Positions 36,610 to 49,170 of a DNA stretch of 64,000 nt are shown one piece after another. Position 1 is the stretch's first letter. Each line of letters begins with the position of its first letter. Made by a program: the position numbers and the translations under genes. Source of the stretch: Octopus sinensis (Eukaryota); the NCBI RefSeq assembly GCF_006345805.1, contig NC_042999.1, positions 123,628,001 to 123,692,000 on the forward strand, given 5' to 3'. The notes beneath the pieces are model-generated. The model was given only the letters and a program-made list of their open reading frames with translations, was not told the origin of the DNA and made no database searches.

Positions 36610-37671
36610 TATCTATCTATCTATCCATCCATCCATCTACCTATCTACCTACCTACCTACCTACCTACCTACCTACCTACCTATATGTTTCTGTGTGTGT
36701 GTGTGTGTGTGTGTGGTAGGGTGAGTGCATGTCCATAAATATATATACATACACACACTATTTTTACATACATATATAATATAAATACATATACTTATAC
36801 ATACACTCATACATACATATATGCAAGTATGTATCATCTACAGAACAGAAAATAAGTACATCGTTTTTTGTTTTTTTTAATACTAAATACATGAAGTTTA
36901 GTTAACGAGACTTTATATTTAGAATTTCAGGAAGTATTTTTTTCCCATTTTAAAAATCTAATTATATTTTACTTTCAGTATAGTGGCTTGCTACAGTGAT
37001 GCACTATTTGGGGAACATTGCTTTAGAGAAAATGCCCTAAGCTAGAATGAATTGGGTTTTTAAGATATACAAAACAAATATTACTGAGACAAAGTGCAAT
37101 ATTGTTGAAAATAATAATGGACATTAAGGTGAGCTTTCTTTCTCTCTTTCACTAATGGATATATATGTATAAAGTATTATCATATAATTGTTAGACAAAC
37201 AATAAATTGGGAAGCAATCATTGGAATTTTACTTCATTAATAAACAAAGCTTGTTTGTTTTTATGTCTCTTTTACTATGCTTATATGGATTAGAGAAATA
37301 TGTTATAATGGCAAGGATTTTTAGTAGAATGCTCTTCATGTCACTGACCATTACCTGTTTTTAAAGGGATTTCTTTTCTTTCATATATCATCAAGAGCAC
37401 AAAATGAGCAGATGGTTTGTTCACATGAGAACAGATAACATTACTGATCATGGGTCACATAAAAATGAGTGCAAATGTTAAAGGAAGATACGCACACACA
37501 CATACACGGCTATATGGTTTGGAACTAAACATTTTAACCATACAAACATGCTTCTACCTCATATTATTTGCTATATAACTTTTAAAATATATCTTTCTAG
37601 TTTCAGTCTATGAAAAATTAAGTAATCCTCCTGCCAAAAAAATTAAATAAAAGAGGCAGTTATAACAAATA

Positions 37672-38940
37672 TTGGGTCATTCCATAAATAATGTGGGTTT
37701 TTTTAAATACTTTTATTTTTCAAAATTAAGATAAACAAAGTTCTTTTTTAATCTAAAATATACTCTCCTTCACTTTCTACAATGCTCTTCCATCTATCTG
37801 GTAGACTTGCAAGGCCCCTCTTCCAAAATTCACTGGTCTGTGGTGAAAAATACTCCTCCAGTACTGGTCTGATCTCGTCTACAGAATTCATATTTTCCCT
37901 GTCCAAATGATTTTAAAGACTACAGAATAAATGATAATCAGATGGGGCAATGTCTGGTGAATATGGTGGATGGGGCATCGTTTCTCATTCAAACTACTTC
38001 AGCCTTTTGAATGTCATCCTCTCTGATGGAAGAACACCTTTCGTCTTGAAGCCAAAGATGGTCGTTTTCTATCTAGTGCTGACTTAAGCCACTCAAGGTA
38101 CTTGCAGTAGATCTCCTTTGTTATTGTTTGGTTTGGGTTTAAAAGTTCAAAGTGGACTAAACGTTTCATATCCCACAAAACAGATAACAACACCTTATAT
38201 GGGTGAAGCCCTTCTTTAGCCTGGTGTGCCAGTGTTTCTCCTTTCCCTATCCACTGTCCTCAGCACTTGATATTTTGATAGGGAATCCATTTCTCCTCAC
38301 CAGTCACTATTCAGTCTAAAGATGGTTCATTTATGAGATGTAACAGCAAAGAAGGACACACATTCACTTGCTGAATGCAATTAGACTCGGAAAGTTTGTG
38401 GGGAATCCATTGATCCAATTTGCTGACTTTTCTGATGGCACGCAGGTGTTGATGAATAGTTGAATGACCAAATCCAAGCTTCTCTGCTAGTTCCTCAACA
38501 GTTATTATGGGATTTTGTTCCACCAGGAATTACAGGACACCCTCGTCATACTCTACAGATCATCCAGGACGAGGCTCATCTTATAGGTTGTAGTTTCTGG
38601 CTCGGAATTTCTGGAACCACAGTTGACACTGGATTACACTTATTGTCTGATTCCCATACACTGCATTAATATTCTATGCCCTTTCTGTTGCATTGTTGCC
38701 TTTTATTGAACTCATAAAGCAAAATATGCCAAATATGCTCCTTTGTCACTTCCATTATAGCATTGAAAAAGTAACTGTTAAAATCGAACTGCACTTTTCA
38801 AAACTTGCTCTAAGAATAAGGACAAGGTAAAATTACTACCTGCTTTTGTAGCAAATTGATGCAGGTAGCTTATCACATCCCCCTCCAAATTTTAGTTCAT
38901 GCAAGTGAAAAAAATCGCCTTATTTATTGGGATGACCTAA
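37672..38940 (-). mobile_element. Full-length mariner (1269 bp), decayed
   Basis: TIRs ttgggtcattccataaataatg / rc ttaggtcatcccaataaataagg; TA on both sides; ORF ..EELAEKLG..KLDQWIPHKLSE. Confidence 0.9.
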
Positions 38941-39295
38941 TATTTTTAAATTGGATATTGGATATTCATATTTATATGTACATAAATACAAGCAGCGGTG
39001 GAGGGGAGGGTAAACAAACTTATGTTTAGCTAAAATATATTTGAGACATATTTTAAATTCTAAAGGCAAATCCACTGCATTTACCATGGAGAAAAAATTC
39101 TCACTGATAGGAAAAGTTGGAAAACACCATATGCCCATTACTTCCCTCTAGCATATTCTCAGACACACATTTCAGGCTCTTTAGTCTTCTCTCCAGTATA
39201 ACTGCAGTAACTTTGCCTATAGAAGTTAAAATATGTCACAAAAATATTTTAAAACATAACCTAAAATTCATACATATATATATACATATATATAC

Positions 39296-39332
<37 letters not shown>

Positions 39333-39354
39333 TATATATGTAATATATATATAT

Positions 39355-39412
39355 TCATCCAACCCATGCCAGCATGGAAAATGGACGTTAAACGATGATG
39401 ATGATGATGGTG
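39355..39412 (+). mobile_element. Terminal about 55 nt of the RTE tail
   Basis: ccaacccatgccagcatggaaaatggacgttaaacgatgatg. Confidence 0.75.
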
Positions 39413-39442
39413 ATATATATATATGTATGTATATTATATATA

Positions 39443-40971
39443 TAAGCGCAACTATGCCTCCCCTGGTCTCGATGGAGTTACATACCTGCTTCTCAAACGT
39501 GGCAGGCACTTCCTTTTACACCAGCTTTCTATTTTCTTCCAGTACTGTCTCAACAATGGTGCTACTCCGGAGCAGTGGAAAACTGCCAGTGTCATTCCTC
39601 TGTTCAAAAAGGGTGACTGCACATCACCTGTCAACTATCGCCCAGTCAGTCTCACTAGCTGTATTGCAAAACTGATGGAATCGTGTGTCAGAGAAACACT
39701 CTGGAACTTCTGGAGCTCTCACAGTCTCATCCGACCCTCACAATATGGATTTGTCCCTAACTCCAGCTGCAGTGACCAGCTTGTCGAGTTCCTTGAGGAC
39801 ATTACTCAGATCACTGACAGTGGCTCATGGGTGGATGTTGTCTACCTTGACTTTGCTAAGGCTTTCAACTCTGTGCCACACAAAAGGCTTATGGTGAAAC
39901 TCTCTGCAATGGGTGTGGGGTATGACCTTTTTAACTGGTTGAAATCCTTCATCCTCAGCCGAAAGGAGGTAGTCACAGTTCTAGTACAGCACTCTACACC
40001 ATATGAGATGTCATCGGGTGTACCACAGGGATCTGTCCTTGGTCCCCTCCTGTTTGTGGCATACATTAATGACATAGATGCCAATTTAAAGAATGCCACA
40101 GTATTGAAATATGCAGACGACATCAAGCTGTACCTTGAAATCAAGAGGACTGATCCTGATGTCTACAACTCTTTCCTGCAATCAGACCTAGACACAATGC
40201 AGCAATGGATCACAGACTGGCAACTGAAACTGGCTGTGGACAAGTGTACCACCATGCATTTTGGGAGAAAAAACCCTGCGTCCACATACTCCCTCCACAA
40301 CACTGATATCAAGAAATCCTCTTGCGAGCGTGACCTAGGCATCACTGTCAGCAGTGATTTGCGTTGGACAAAGCATATCTCTAAAATTGTCAAGAAGGCC
40401 GAGGGTGTCTTGGCATCACTCAGCAAGACTTTTGTGAGCCGCTCTCCAGCCATCTATTTAAAACTGTATACAGCTATGGTACGACCACACTTGGAATTCG
40501 CATCATCAGTTTGGAATCCCTATCTTGCTCAGAACATTGACCTCCTGGAATCTGTCCAGAGACGTGCAACCAAACGCATACCCTCCATCAGACACCTACC
40601 ATATTCTGAGCACCTTGTTTCCCTGGGCATGGATTCACTGAAGCTCCGGCGTCTAGCGACGGACTTGGTAAACACCCACGAGGTTATCAACCACCTCACC
40701 AACAACAACACTGAACACCTTTTTGATCTCCATGTGTCTAACACACGTGGACATGCCTACAAAGTCAGAAAACAGCACAGCTCCCATGACTTTCGGAAAC
40801 ATTTTTTCACGCTCAGGGTTGCTGAAGCGTGGAATAAACTGCCTGCATCAGTTGTTGACTGCCATGACACTGCATCCTTTAAGGCCCTCATGCTTCCCGA
40901 AATCCGTCGAAACTACACCTGATTATATATACACTTTAGATGAGTTGTAGTGCACCTGAGCACTGTACACA

Positions 40972-40996
<25 letters not shown>
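39443..40996 (+). mobile_element. CR1-clade LINE, 5'-truncated, uninterrupted RT frame (ORF 39423-40922)
   Basis: PGLDG, WKTASVIPLFKKGD..NYRPVSLTS, YLDFAKAFNSVPH, GVPQGSVLGP, YADD, VRPHLEFAS.VWNP, TRGH..FFT.RV..WN.LP; (ATT)n tail. Confidence 0.9.
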
Positions 40997-41012
<16 letters not shown>

Positions 41013-41021
41013 TATATATAA

Positions 41022-41201
41022 AGTTAATCCAAACAAGAGAACACAGAAAAAAAGAGAAAAAAAAGAGAGAAAAAAACACAGCAACGCAGGACATGGAACA
41101 ATTAAAGTATTATTGACGCTCAGGAAAGAAGGGAAGGAGGGTTTAACGTTTCGAGCGGAGCTCTTCGTCGGAAACAAGGAGAAGGAAAGATCCCAAGGAG
41201 G

Positions 41202-41202
<1 letters not shown>
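41022..41202 (-). mobile_element. Penelope-type terminal-repeat remnant (family 1) with hammerhead motif at 41141-41175
   Basis: Reverse complement GUUU-CCGACGA-a-GAGC-ucc-GCUC-GAA-ACGU-U-AAAC, perfect stem I. Confidence 0.75.
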
Positions 41203-41235
<33 letters not shown>

Positions 41236-41682
41236 AATATTTTAGACTAATGAGTATATGTCAATTAGTGTGTTGACTCATACAACACAATATGATACAG
41301 GTTGGGTCAAAATGATCATTGTACAAAATAAAGAGTTGTAGACAGACAGACAGGTAGATAGCTAGCTAGATAGATAGATATCGATAAATTCAAACTAATT
41401 AAATGAATTCTTAATTTATTCACATAAATATCCATGAAGTATGACAAAAAGAAAGTATTAAATATTAGCATTTACTTAAACTTGGAAACAGCTGCCAGTG
41501 AATGTGCACTCAGTCAAAAACTCCTCATAACAAATGCCAGATTTCAGGAGAGAATGTGCACCATTTCAGGGCCGTCCTCTTGACAGTTTTACAGTGCATC
41601 AGCACCCTTTACTGATGTGAGGCCCCACTTACTGTTTCAACTGACTACGTAAATATTTGCTGTAATATATTGTTGTGTATAT

Positions 41683-41870
41683 AAGGCAGCGAGCTGACAT
41701 TCTGTCATCTGTGCCAGGCAAAATGCTTAGCAGTATTTCGTTCATACTTACATCCAGCCAAAGTCAACAAAATAATTACCAATTGAGCACTGGGGTCGAC
41801 GTAATCAACTCATCTCCTCCCACTGAACTTACTGGCCTTGTGCAAAAATTTGAAACCAATATATTACTGT
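41683..41870 (+). mobile_element. tRNA-SINE family B, internally deleted
   Basis: ggcagcgagctg..gcttagcagtatttcg..ctggggtcgacgtaatc..ggccttgtgcaaaaatttgaaac. Confidence 0.7.
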
Positions 41871-41939
41871 GGAATATGTGGTGTATATTATTTTCTCATC
41901 TAGTCATTATAATTGACTTTCAGTAGTATTTTTTTACTG

Positions 41940-42831
41940 ATGTTATTTCTTTACACCACATTTATACTCTGAGAAAACATCCAAGTCATTCCACTTATTT
42001 ATATCGTTTTGCCCAGCTATTCCAATATCTAACAAATATTCTATAGGTTTGTAAAACAATATGCAGTCTCGTTTCATTTTTGTCCTTTTATTATTCTTTA
42101 CGTACATCAACTTCTGGGAAACAAAATCTTGCTACACAGTAGTAAAATTCAAAATAATAAGATACTGCATAGTTAAATGCTCATCTTTGGAAACCATCAT
42201 ATTAAATTTCATCCAATCCTTCTTGTTGATTAGCTTTGGCCAGTTCAGTCATATTTGTATGATGGCCAAATGATTAAGCTTTAGGACAAGTAAAGCCAGC
42301 ACTTAAGATATGAGATATTTGTTTGAAAGAAAACTTGACTGCTATATAAGAAAGCCATGCAGCATAAAGGCTTGTCTCCTCACTTCAGGGTGGATGGATG
42401 TTTTATAAAGGCTGTCAGTTGTCTAAGTGAAGAGTCTTAGAATAGACTTTTATTGGCATTAAAGAATTTAAGGCAATGGTTTTGAAGATGGAGCTGACAT
42501 TAATGTGGATGCTTTGTTCTCAATTACTACTTTGTGAGATTGTAAAATTGCCTCTCAAAAACATGTGGCAGAAGCTTACCTAAATAAAAATGAGACAAGA
42601 TTCATGAGCAAGAATCCAATGGAAAGAAAATTAAGAATTTTGTTTTAAACTCTAAAAAATGAGCTAAATGGAAAGAGTTGACCTGTAAGATTTCAGTCTA
42701 AAAGTTTTCCATACACTGAGTGCATCATATAGATATGCTTACTTAGGGATACCAAGTGGTATGATATAAAGTTGAATGTAACATTCTTTGATTTGGTGGT
42801 GTAAAGTGTATACTTCTTCCTATATTGACAT
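41940..42831 (-). pseudogene. Unidentified decayed coding-like sequence, copy 2 (inverted paralogue of copy 1)
   Basis: ATG at 42831 in frame with ..YDALSVWKTFRLKSY..; after a small indel KLINKKDWMKFNMMVSKDEHLTMQYLIILN. Confidence 0.5.
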
Positions 42832-43564
42832 TTTAAGTTTACTGAGGCAATAAATATAGTAACTTTTCTTGTCAATGTGAAATAAAATTCTCATTATAAT
42901 ACATACATCATAGTAATCGTTAAAAAGCAACAAAATTATATAAATGTATTATTAATATAGTACAAGATACTTTACCATTCATAATGTAAATAGTATTTAT
43001 CATGTAAACAGTATGATATAAATAATCTTCATACCTAACCACATACATTACAAATGTGTGGTTCCATGACCTATTATTCTTTGTGTGTACCTCAAATAGA
43101 CATTGATTGGCTGTGTACTTTTTGACATACCTCCTCTCCCACCCACAAAAAAGAGAAAAAGAAAATAAATGAGGATTAATTTAAAATACTGATAACGATT
43201 TATCACAACATGATGGTGAGAAGTTATAATTTACCGAGGATCAAAATGTATATTTTTTGTATGAATATCTAAGAGGATCAGCAATGCTGGTGGTTAAAAG
43301 AACATTGGCAGTATGAGGCTCAATGACCACGACATTGCTGTTCTATTGACTATATAGTCATGCATTCAGATTTTGCTAGTCTTAGTTCTTTTCCTTCAGC
43401 TCACCTTGCTCCTTAAATTTTCACCCCATCCCACTCTCACACTTCTCTTCCTCTTTTATTTATCTTCCTTTCTTCATTTCTCACCTAGTTTTTCTTTTAT
43501 ACCACTTCCTTTCTGCATCTGCAAGCTCGCATTTCCTGGAATACTTTGAGAATATCCAAGTATT

Positions 43565-44660
43565 CCAAAGTATCCCCTCAAAATAAGGATAGAGGAACAT
43601 CACAAAGCTGTGACACAGAGAGATATTGATAAATCAGGTATAGCTGGTCATGTATGGAAAAATGGAGACCACTTCCACCTGTGGGACGAAGTTAAATTTG
43701 GCTTTAGGATCAACACCACTAAAACCAACCCTATGGCTGCGATATGTTGATGACACCTTCATACTCTGGCCCCACCAGGAAGATGTCCAAGTGCTGTTAG
43801 ATCATGTGAACTCAATAAAGCCATCCATACAGTTCACAATAGAAAAAGAAAAACACAATCAGCTAGCATTCCTGGACGTATTAATATCATGCACCAAGTA
43901 TGGATTCAGGACAACCATATACCGCAAACCGAGCTTCACTGGACAATTCCTCAACTTCAACTCTCACCATCCATACAGTGTAAAGAGAGGAATTACTCAG
44001 TACCTAAAACATCAAGCAATAAATATAAGTAGCGATTGTGATACCCACCACGAAGAAATGATCAAGCTCAGTAACGATCTATTAAGCAACAACTACCCCA
44101 AAAGCATACTCTCCACTTCAATTATGAAGAAAAGAGAGGATGAAACTGATAAACTGTCCACAATCTGTCTACCCTATGTGAAAGGCCTCTCCAAAAAGAT
44201 ACAAAAGATATGCAGCCCATATGACATCAGGACAGTATTCAAAAGTAATACAACACTTTGAAAATATCTCCTTTGAGTAAAACCACCAGTAGAAGAGAAT
44301 ATGACCAAGAACTGCATGTACTCCATCCCATGCAGCTGTGGTAGGTTAGACAAAGGTGAAACATGTCACGCCCTCAAAATAAGGGTAGAGGAACATCACA
44401 AAGCTGTGACAAAGGGAGATATTGATAAATCGGGTTTAGCTGATCATATATGGAAAAATGGCGACCACTTCCCTCTGTGGGATGAAGTTACAATAATAGA
44501 CTGAGAACACCACTGGAAAATATGAAAACTAAAAGCAGCAGCACATATGCTAAGACACAACAACCACCTAAGCAGACTGAGCACAGATATGAACAGCATA
44601 TGGGAACCGGTATTAAGGAAGGATAGGAGAATTTTAGATTTATAAACCCTAAAATTCACT
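43565..44660 (+). mobile_element. Penelope-like element: RT C-terminus, thumb and GIY-YIG endonuclease, decayed
   Basis: WLRYVDDTF..IQFTIEKE..LAFLDV..YRKP..NFNSHHP; LPYVKG; MYSIPCSCG..GET..R..EH. Confidence 0.9.
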
Positions 44661-44674
44661 TCATAATTGCACAT

Positions 44675-44893
44675 GGGCATATGGTGTAGTGGTTAAGAGC
44701 AGAGGCTACTAACCCCAAGATTCCAAGCTCGATTCCAGGCAGCGACCTGAATAATAATAATAACAATAATAACAACATCGAAAAATACCTTAGGAATGAG
44801 AACCCAGGTTCGAAATTTCCCCAACAAGATGAGGACAAATATCCACCAAATGTAAATAATGTACATAATTCCTCATCTCTTAAATACAGAACT
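44675..44893 (+). mobile_element. tRNA-like head (44675-44747) plus downstream repeat, contiguous with the Penelope 3' end
   Basis: A-box tggtgtagtgg, B-box gctcgattcc, 7-nt loop ctactaa. Confidence 0.6.
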
Positions 44894-47714
44894 GAGTTCA
44901 AACTTTGTACGAGTTCATACATCATAGGATTGAAGCTGTAATTACTGCCAAAAGTATATTAAAATAAATTTGTTTGAAATTTTAGGTGCTTCCATTATTT
45001 TGTCCAACCACTATACACACACACACACACATATGGAATCACAAACTTGTAATGAATGCACTTAGGTATGAAGAATATTTATATCATATTGCTTGCATGT
45101 TATATACTATTTACATTATGAATGGTAAAGTATCTTGTATTATATTTATATAATATTGTGCATTTTAATGATTACTATGATATATGTGTTATAATAGATT
45201 TTTATTTCACATTGACAAGAAAAGACACTTCATTTATTACCTCAGAAGTAAACTTAAAATGTGTAGACCTGAAAATAGGGATAAATAGATGAGATCTCTC
45301 AAACTTGTTTTGTCTAATCAGAATAAAGTTATTTTGATGGGCTTAAAAGACTATAAGTCAGAAGCTTACATTCTGAAAGATTTAGGTGTGAAGTATGCAT
45401 AAAATATTTATGGGAGTTGTTCAAAGGTCAGAATTAATATGCTCAGCCAGAGAGTTCTTCATTTAGTTAAGTAGCCACCAATGATGTCTATACGATCATG
45501 TTATTTTCATTTTTATTCTTAAATTCATTATTAAGCATTTCCCTCTCCTGGAATTGGTACAATTTTATAGTATATGTAGTTCCTACATCCATAAATTTGT
45601 CTTTACTCAATTTTTACTGTCTTCATCTATTTCTCATAACAACTGGAAGTACTAAACAACACTATATGCATCATAGTTAAAAAAACAAAGATGAGGGGAA
45701 AATAATTGTTTTCTAAAGTATTCACTGACCCCCATCACCCTTTTGTTTCATCTTCTTTTAACTAAAGTGTACTCTACTAGTAATAACACTAAAAATAGAA
45801 GAAAACATTTTTCATTAGCTGACATAAGTGTGTACGTTCAAAGCTCTTCTGATGCGATCACCTAAAATGGACAATTAAAAGAAGCCTCAAATTTGAAGTC
45901 ATCTCAAGCATATATCAATTAACTTGCTGGCTACATTACTTTCACATGACTTGTCATAACACTTTAGAGAACGAATTTGTTTAATGATTAATTTTTTAAT
46001 GATTAATCTTTCAGGTTGAAATAAAAAACAATAAATGATTTCAATAAAAATTAGATGACAAGTTACATCATTAAAATTCTTGCTAGAAATCAAGTTACAC
46101 AAAATCAGAGACACAAGTCAGTGAAACTAATATATGGAAGCTGTAAATTACAATTCTATTATTTTGTTTCATTTAATAAGATTGTAAAAGCTGCAGGGCT
46201 GTTTATTTTTTCTTTTGTTTAATTTTCTTTTATATTACAGAAATTTGTGCAAGTATGAGATATGGTGTTGAGATCATTATGTCGTTGGTAATAAGCAATT
46301 AAGTGGTTGTATTTGTGGACAAGAATGACCATCAGATAAATATTTCCATACATTTTTTCAAATTTAACAGTTTATACCTTACATATATACAAGACCTATA
46401 TATACTAAAATAAAGACAGCTGCTTGTTAATTACTTGTGAGTACATAACTTTTACTAAAAAAAAAGAGCAATTATTAAAATCCATACTGCCTAGAAAATT
46501 CTTATAAATTCCACTTTTAATATATTTTTATGAAATATATTAGGAACTTTTATTATTAATGATTTCAATAACCTATTAATCAGGAGACTATTAGTCAGGA
46601 AGTTAATTGACTGCAACACACTTTTTTAACATTTTATATTTGTATCCCTTTTCTTTTGTTCTTTCCTTACAATGATGTCTGTCTTTGTCTCTCTCCCACT
46701 TTCCAGTTATCTTTGTCTACTACCGTTATTCATATTAGGTTTTTATTTTATATCTTTATAACATTTTCTCTGTCACTTTTATGCTCATTCTTTTTTCATC
46801 ATTTTTCATCCAGTGGTCTTTGTCATTTCTCCCCCCATCTCTCTCTCTCTCTCTCTTGAGCTGACTCTCCACCACTTTTATTCAATTGTTTTCATTAAAA
46901 ATAAGTAAGTACAAAGTTTTTCTTTGAAGTACATTCCGAACATTTGTGAAAAATTTCACTGTATCTAGTTATCAAATCAAAATTACTTAGAAATTTTTCA
47001 TTTCAAGTCTTATATATATTGACAGATATGCACAAATACAGCCATTACATTCAAGCAAACGTGACATACACTCACAGAAAATTGCCCTCTGGGCGGTATT
47101 TCTGCTAGTTTGTATAATGCAGAAGAACATTTCTGTGTATCTGAGGTAATACTTGAAGATTTACAACAAGGAAGCTGCAGAGAACGATTTTTGTTAAATT
47201 TGCTATGTTGCAAGTGTCCTACATTATTATACATATAAAAGAAAATAGAGCTGGCAAATTGGTATATGGAAAGATGGATGCTGTCATCAAAACACAATTC
47301 TAAATTAACCTTTGTTGAACATCTATTTTTCAAGTAATATATAAGAACAAGTAAAAGAAGGCGAGAGTATGGAACAAAGGGACAAATTTATATGTGAAGA
47401 ACAAGTTGATTTTGACATAGGGTTCAAATTGCCAGTTTATATAATTCTGTTATATAACACTGTTAGTTGATACATGCTAGCCAAAGATGATTGGTAAACA
47501 TTTAAATAGGAGTTGTCTTCTCTCAAAGGTCACCCCGTACCTTTTATGGCTATATAAGTAGGTTGTGACTTATAGCTGGAAATTAAATCAAGGTGGCTTG
47601 AATATATCCAAAGCCTTGCTATAATGGTATGGGTTTTCAAACTTTTAAGCTTTCATAAACATATTCTTTCTCTGGTCATCCTTTTGTATTGTTATTATGG
47701 AATTGAATTAAGGT

Positions 47715-48030
47715 AGCATGTTGGCAGAACTGTTAGTGTACCAGACAAAATGCTTAGTGACATTTTATCTGTCTTTACATTCTGAGTTCAAATCCTACTG
47801 CAGTCAACTCTGCCTTTCATTATTTCAGGGTCGATAGAATAAGTACCAGTTGCACACTGGGGTCAATGTAATCGACTTACCCTCTCCTTCAAAATTACTG
47901 GCCTTGTGCCAAAATTTGAAACAGTTATTTCAGGGTCAATAAAATAAGCACCAGTCAATTACTGGAGTCAGTGTAATTGACTATCCCTTCCCCAAAATTT
48001 CAGGCCTTGTGCTTAATGTAGAAAGAGTTA
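47715..48030 (+). mobile_element. tRNA-SINE family B with duplicated 3' half
   Basis: ggcagaactgttag..gagttcaaatcc..gcctttcat..aagtaccag..ggccttgtgc; 3' half repeated at 47930-48030. Confidence 0.75.
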
Positions 48031-48056
48031 ATATGGATTTAAATATGAAAAAGTGT

Positions 48057-48198
48057 TAGGCATGGCTGTGTGGTAAGGAGCTTGCTTTCCAACCACATGT
48101 TTCTGGGTTCATTCCCACTATGTGACACCTTGGACAAGTGTCTTCTACTATAGCCTCAGGTTGTTCATGGATTTGATAGATGGAAACTGAAGAAACCC

Positions 48199-48232
<34 letters not shown>

Positions 48233-48500
48233 TGTGTGTATGTATGTATGTACATATATATATATATCTATGTCTGTGTGTCTTTGTATCTGTGTTTGCC
48301 CCACTCCATCACTGCTTGACAATCAGTGTCAGTATGTTTATGTTCCTATAACTTAGCAGTTCAGCAAAAGTGGCCAATAGAATAAGTACCAGGCTCAAAA
48401 AATAAGTAATGGGGTCAATCCACTTGACTAAAACAAATTCAAGTCAGTGCCCCAGCAATGCTACAATCTAATGACTGAAACAAATAAAAGAATAAAAGAA
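48057..48500 (+). mobile_element. tRNA-SINE family A
   Basis: ggcatggctgtgtggtaag..caagtgtcttctactatagcc..atgactgaaacaaataaaag. Confidence 0.8.
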
Positions 48501-48977
48501 TCCTAGATCCTATAACCTTTAACATTTTCAGAGCATGTCTGACAGTCCCATAGTATCTAAAAGTTTATTTAACAACCAAATTTCTCATATTTATGTGGTT
48601 TGATGCATATAAATCATTTAAAACCCTACACAGACATATAATCGTAAAGAAAATAAAATAGACAAAAATGAAAAATAAACAAATATAAATGCTTATCACC
48701 AACCCTCCAACTTACTATAAGCAAATTGATAACACCCTCCCCACCACACCCACTTACATTTGCAAGAAAAGCAAACAACATACCACAGAAATAACATACA
48801 ACTAATGACAAACTCAAATAACAAACACAAACACCAGACCACCCATTTGCACCATCAGCTACGTATATATACCACAAATAGCGAGTTGTAACAGCTTCCC
48901 TTGAAGATCACTGTGGCATAAAATTCAAGTTGCGAGACAGACTCACAGCTTCAGTTTCAATAAAAAAACTATATATA

Positions 48978-49170
48978 TGCGGGTGGCACGTAAAAAGCAC
49001 CCACTACACTCACGGAGTGGTTAGCGTTAGGAAGGGCATCCAGCCGTAGAAACACTGCCAGATCAGACTGGGCCTGATGCAGCCTTCTGGCTTCACAGAC
49101 CCCAGTTGAACCGTCCAACCCATGCTAGCATGGAAAGCGGATGCTAAATGATGATGATGATGATGATGAT
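48978..49170 (+). mobile_element. RTE 3' tail, young
   Basis: Nearly identical to 12876-13066. Confidence 0.9.

Noticed and set aside
44675-44747. Functional tRNA gene
   Set aside because: Acceptor and anticodon stems pair poorly and the B box is mismatched; treated as tRNA-derived
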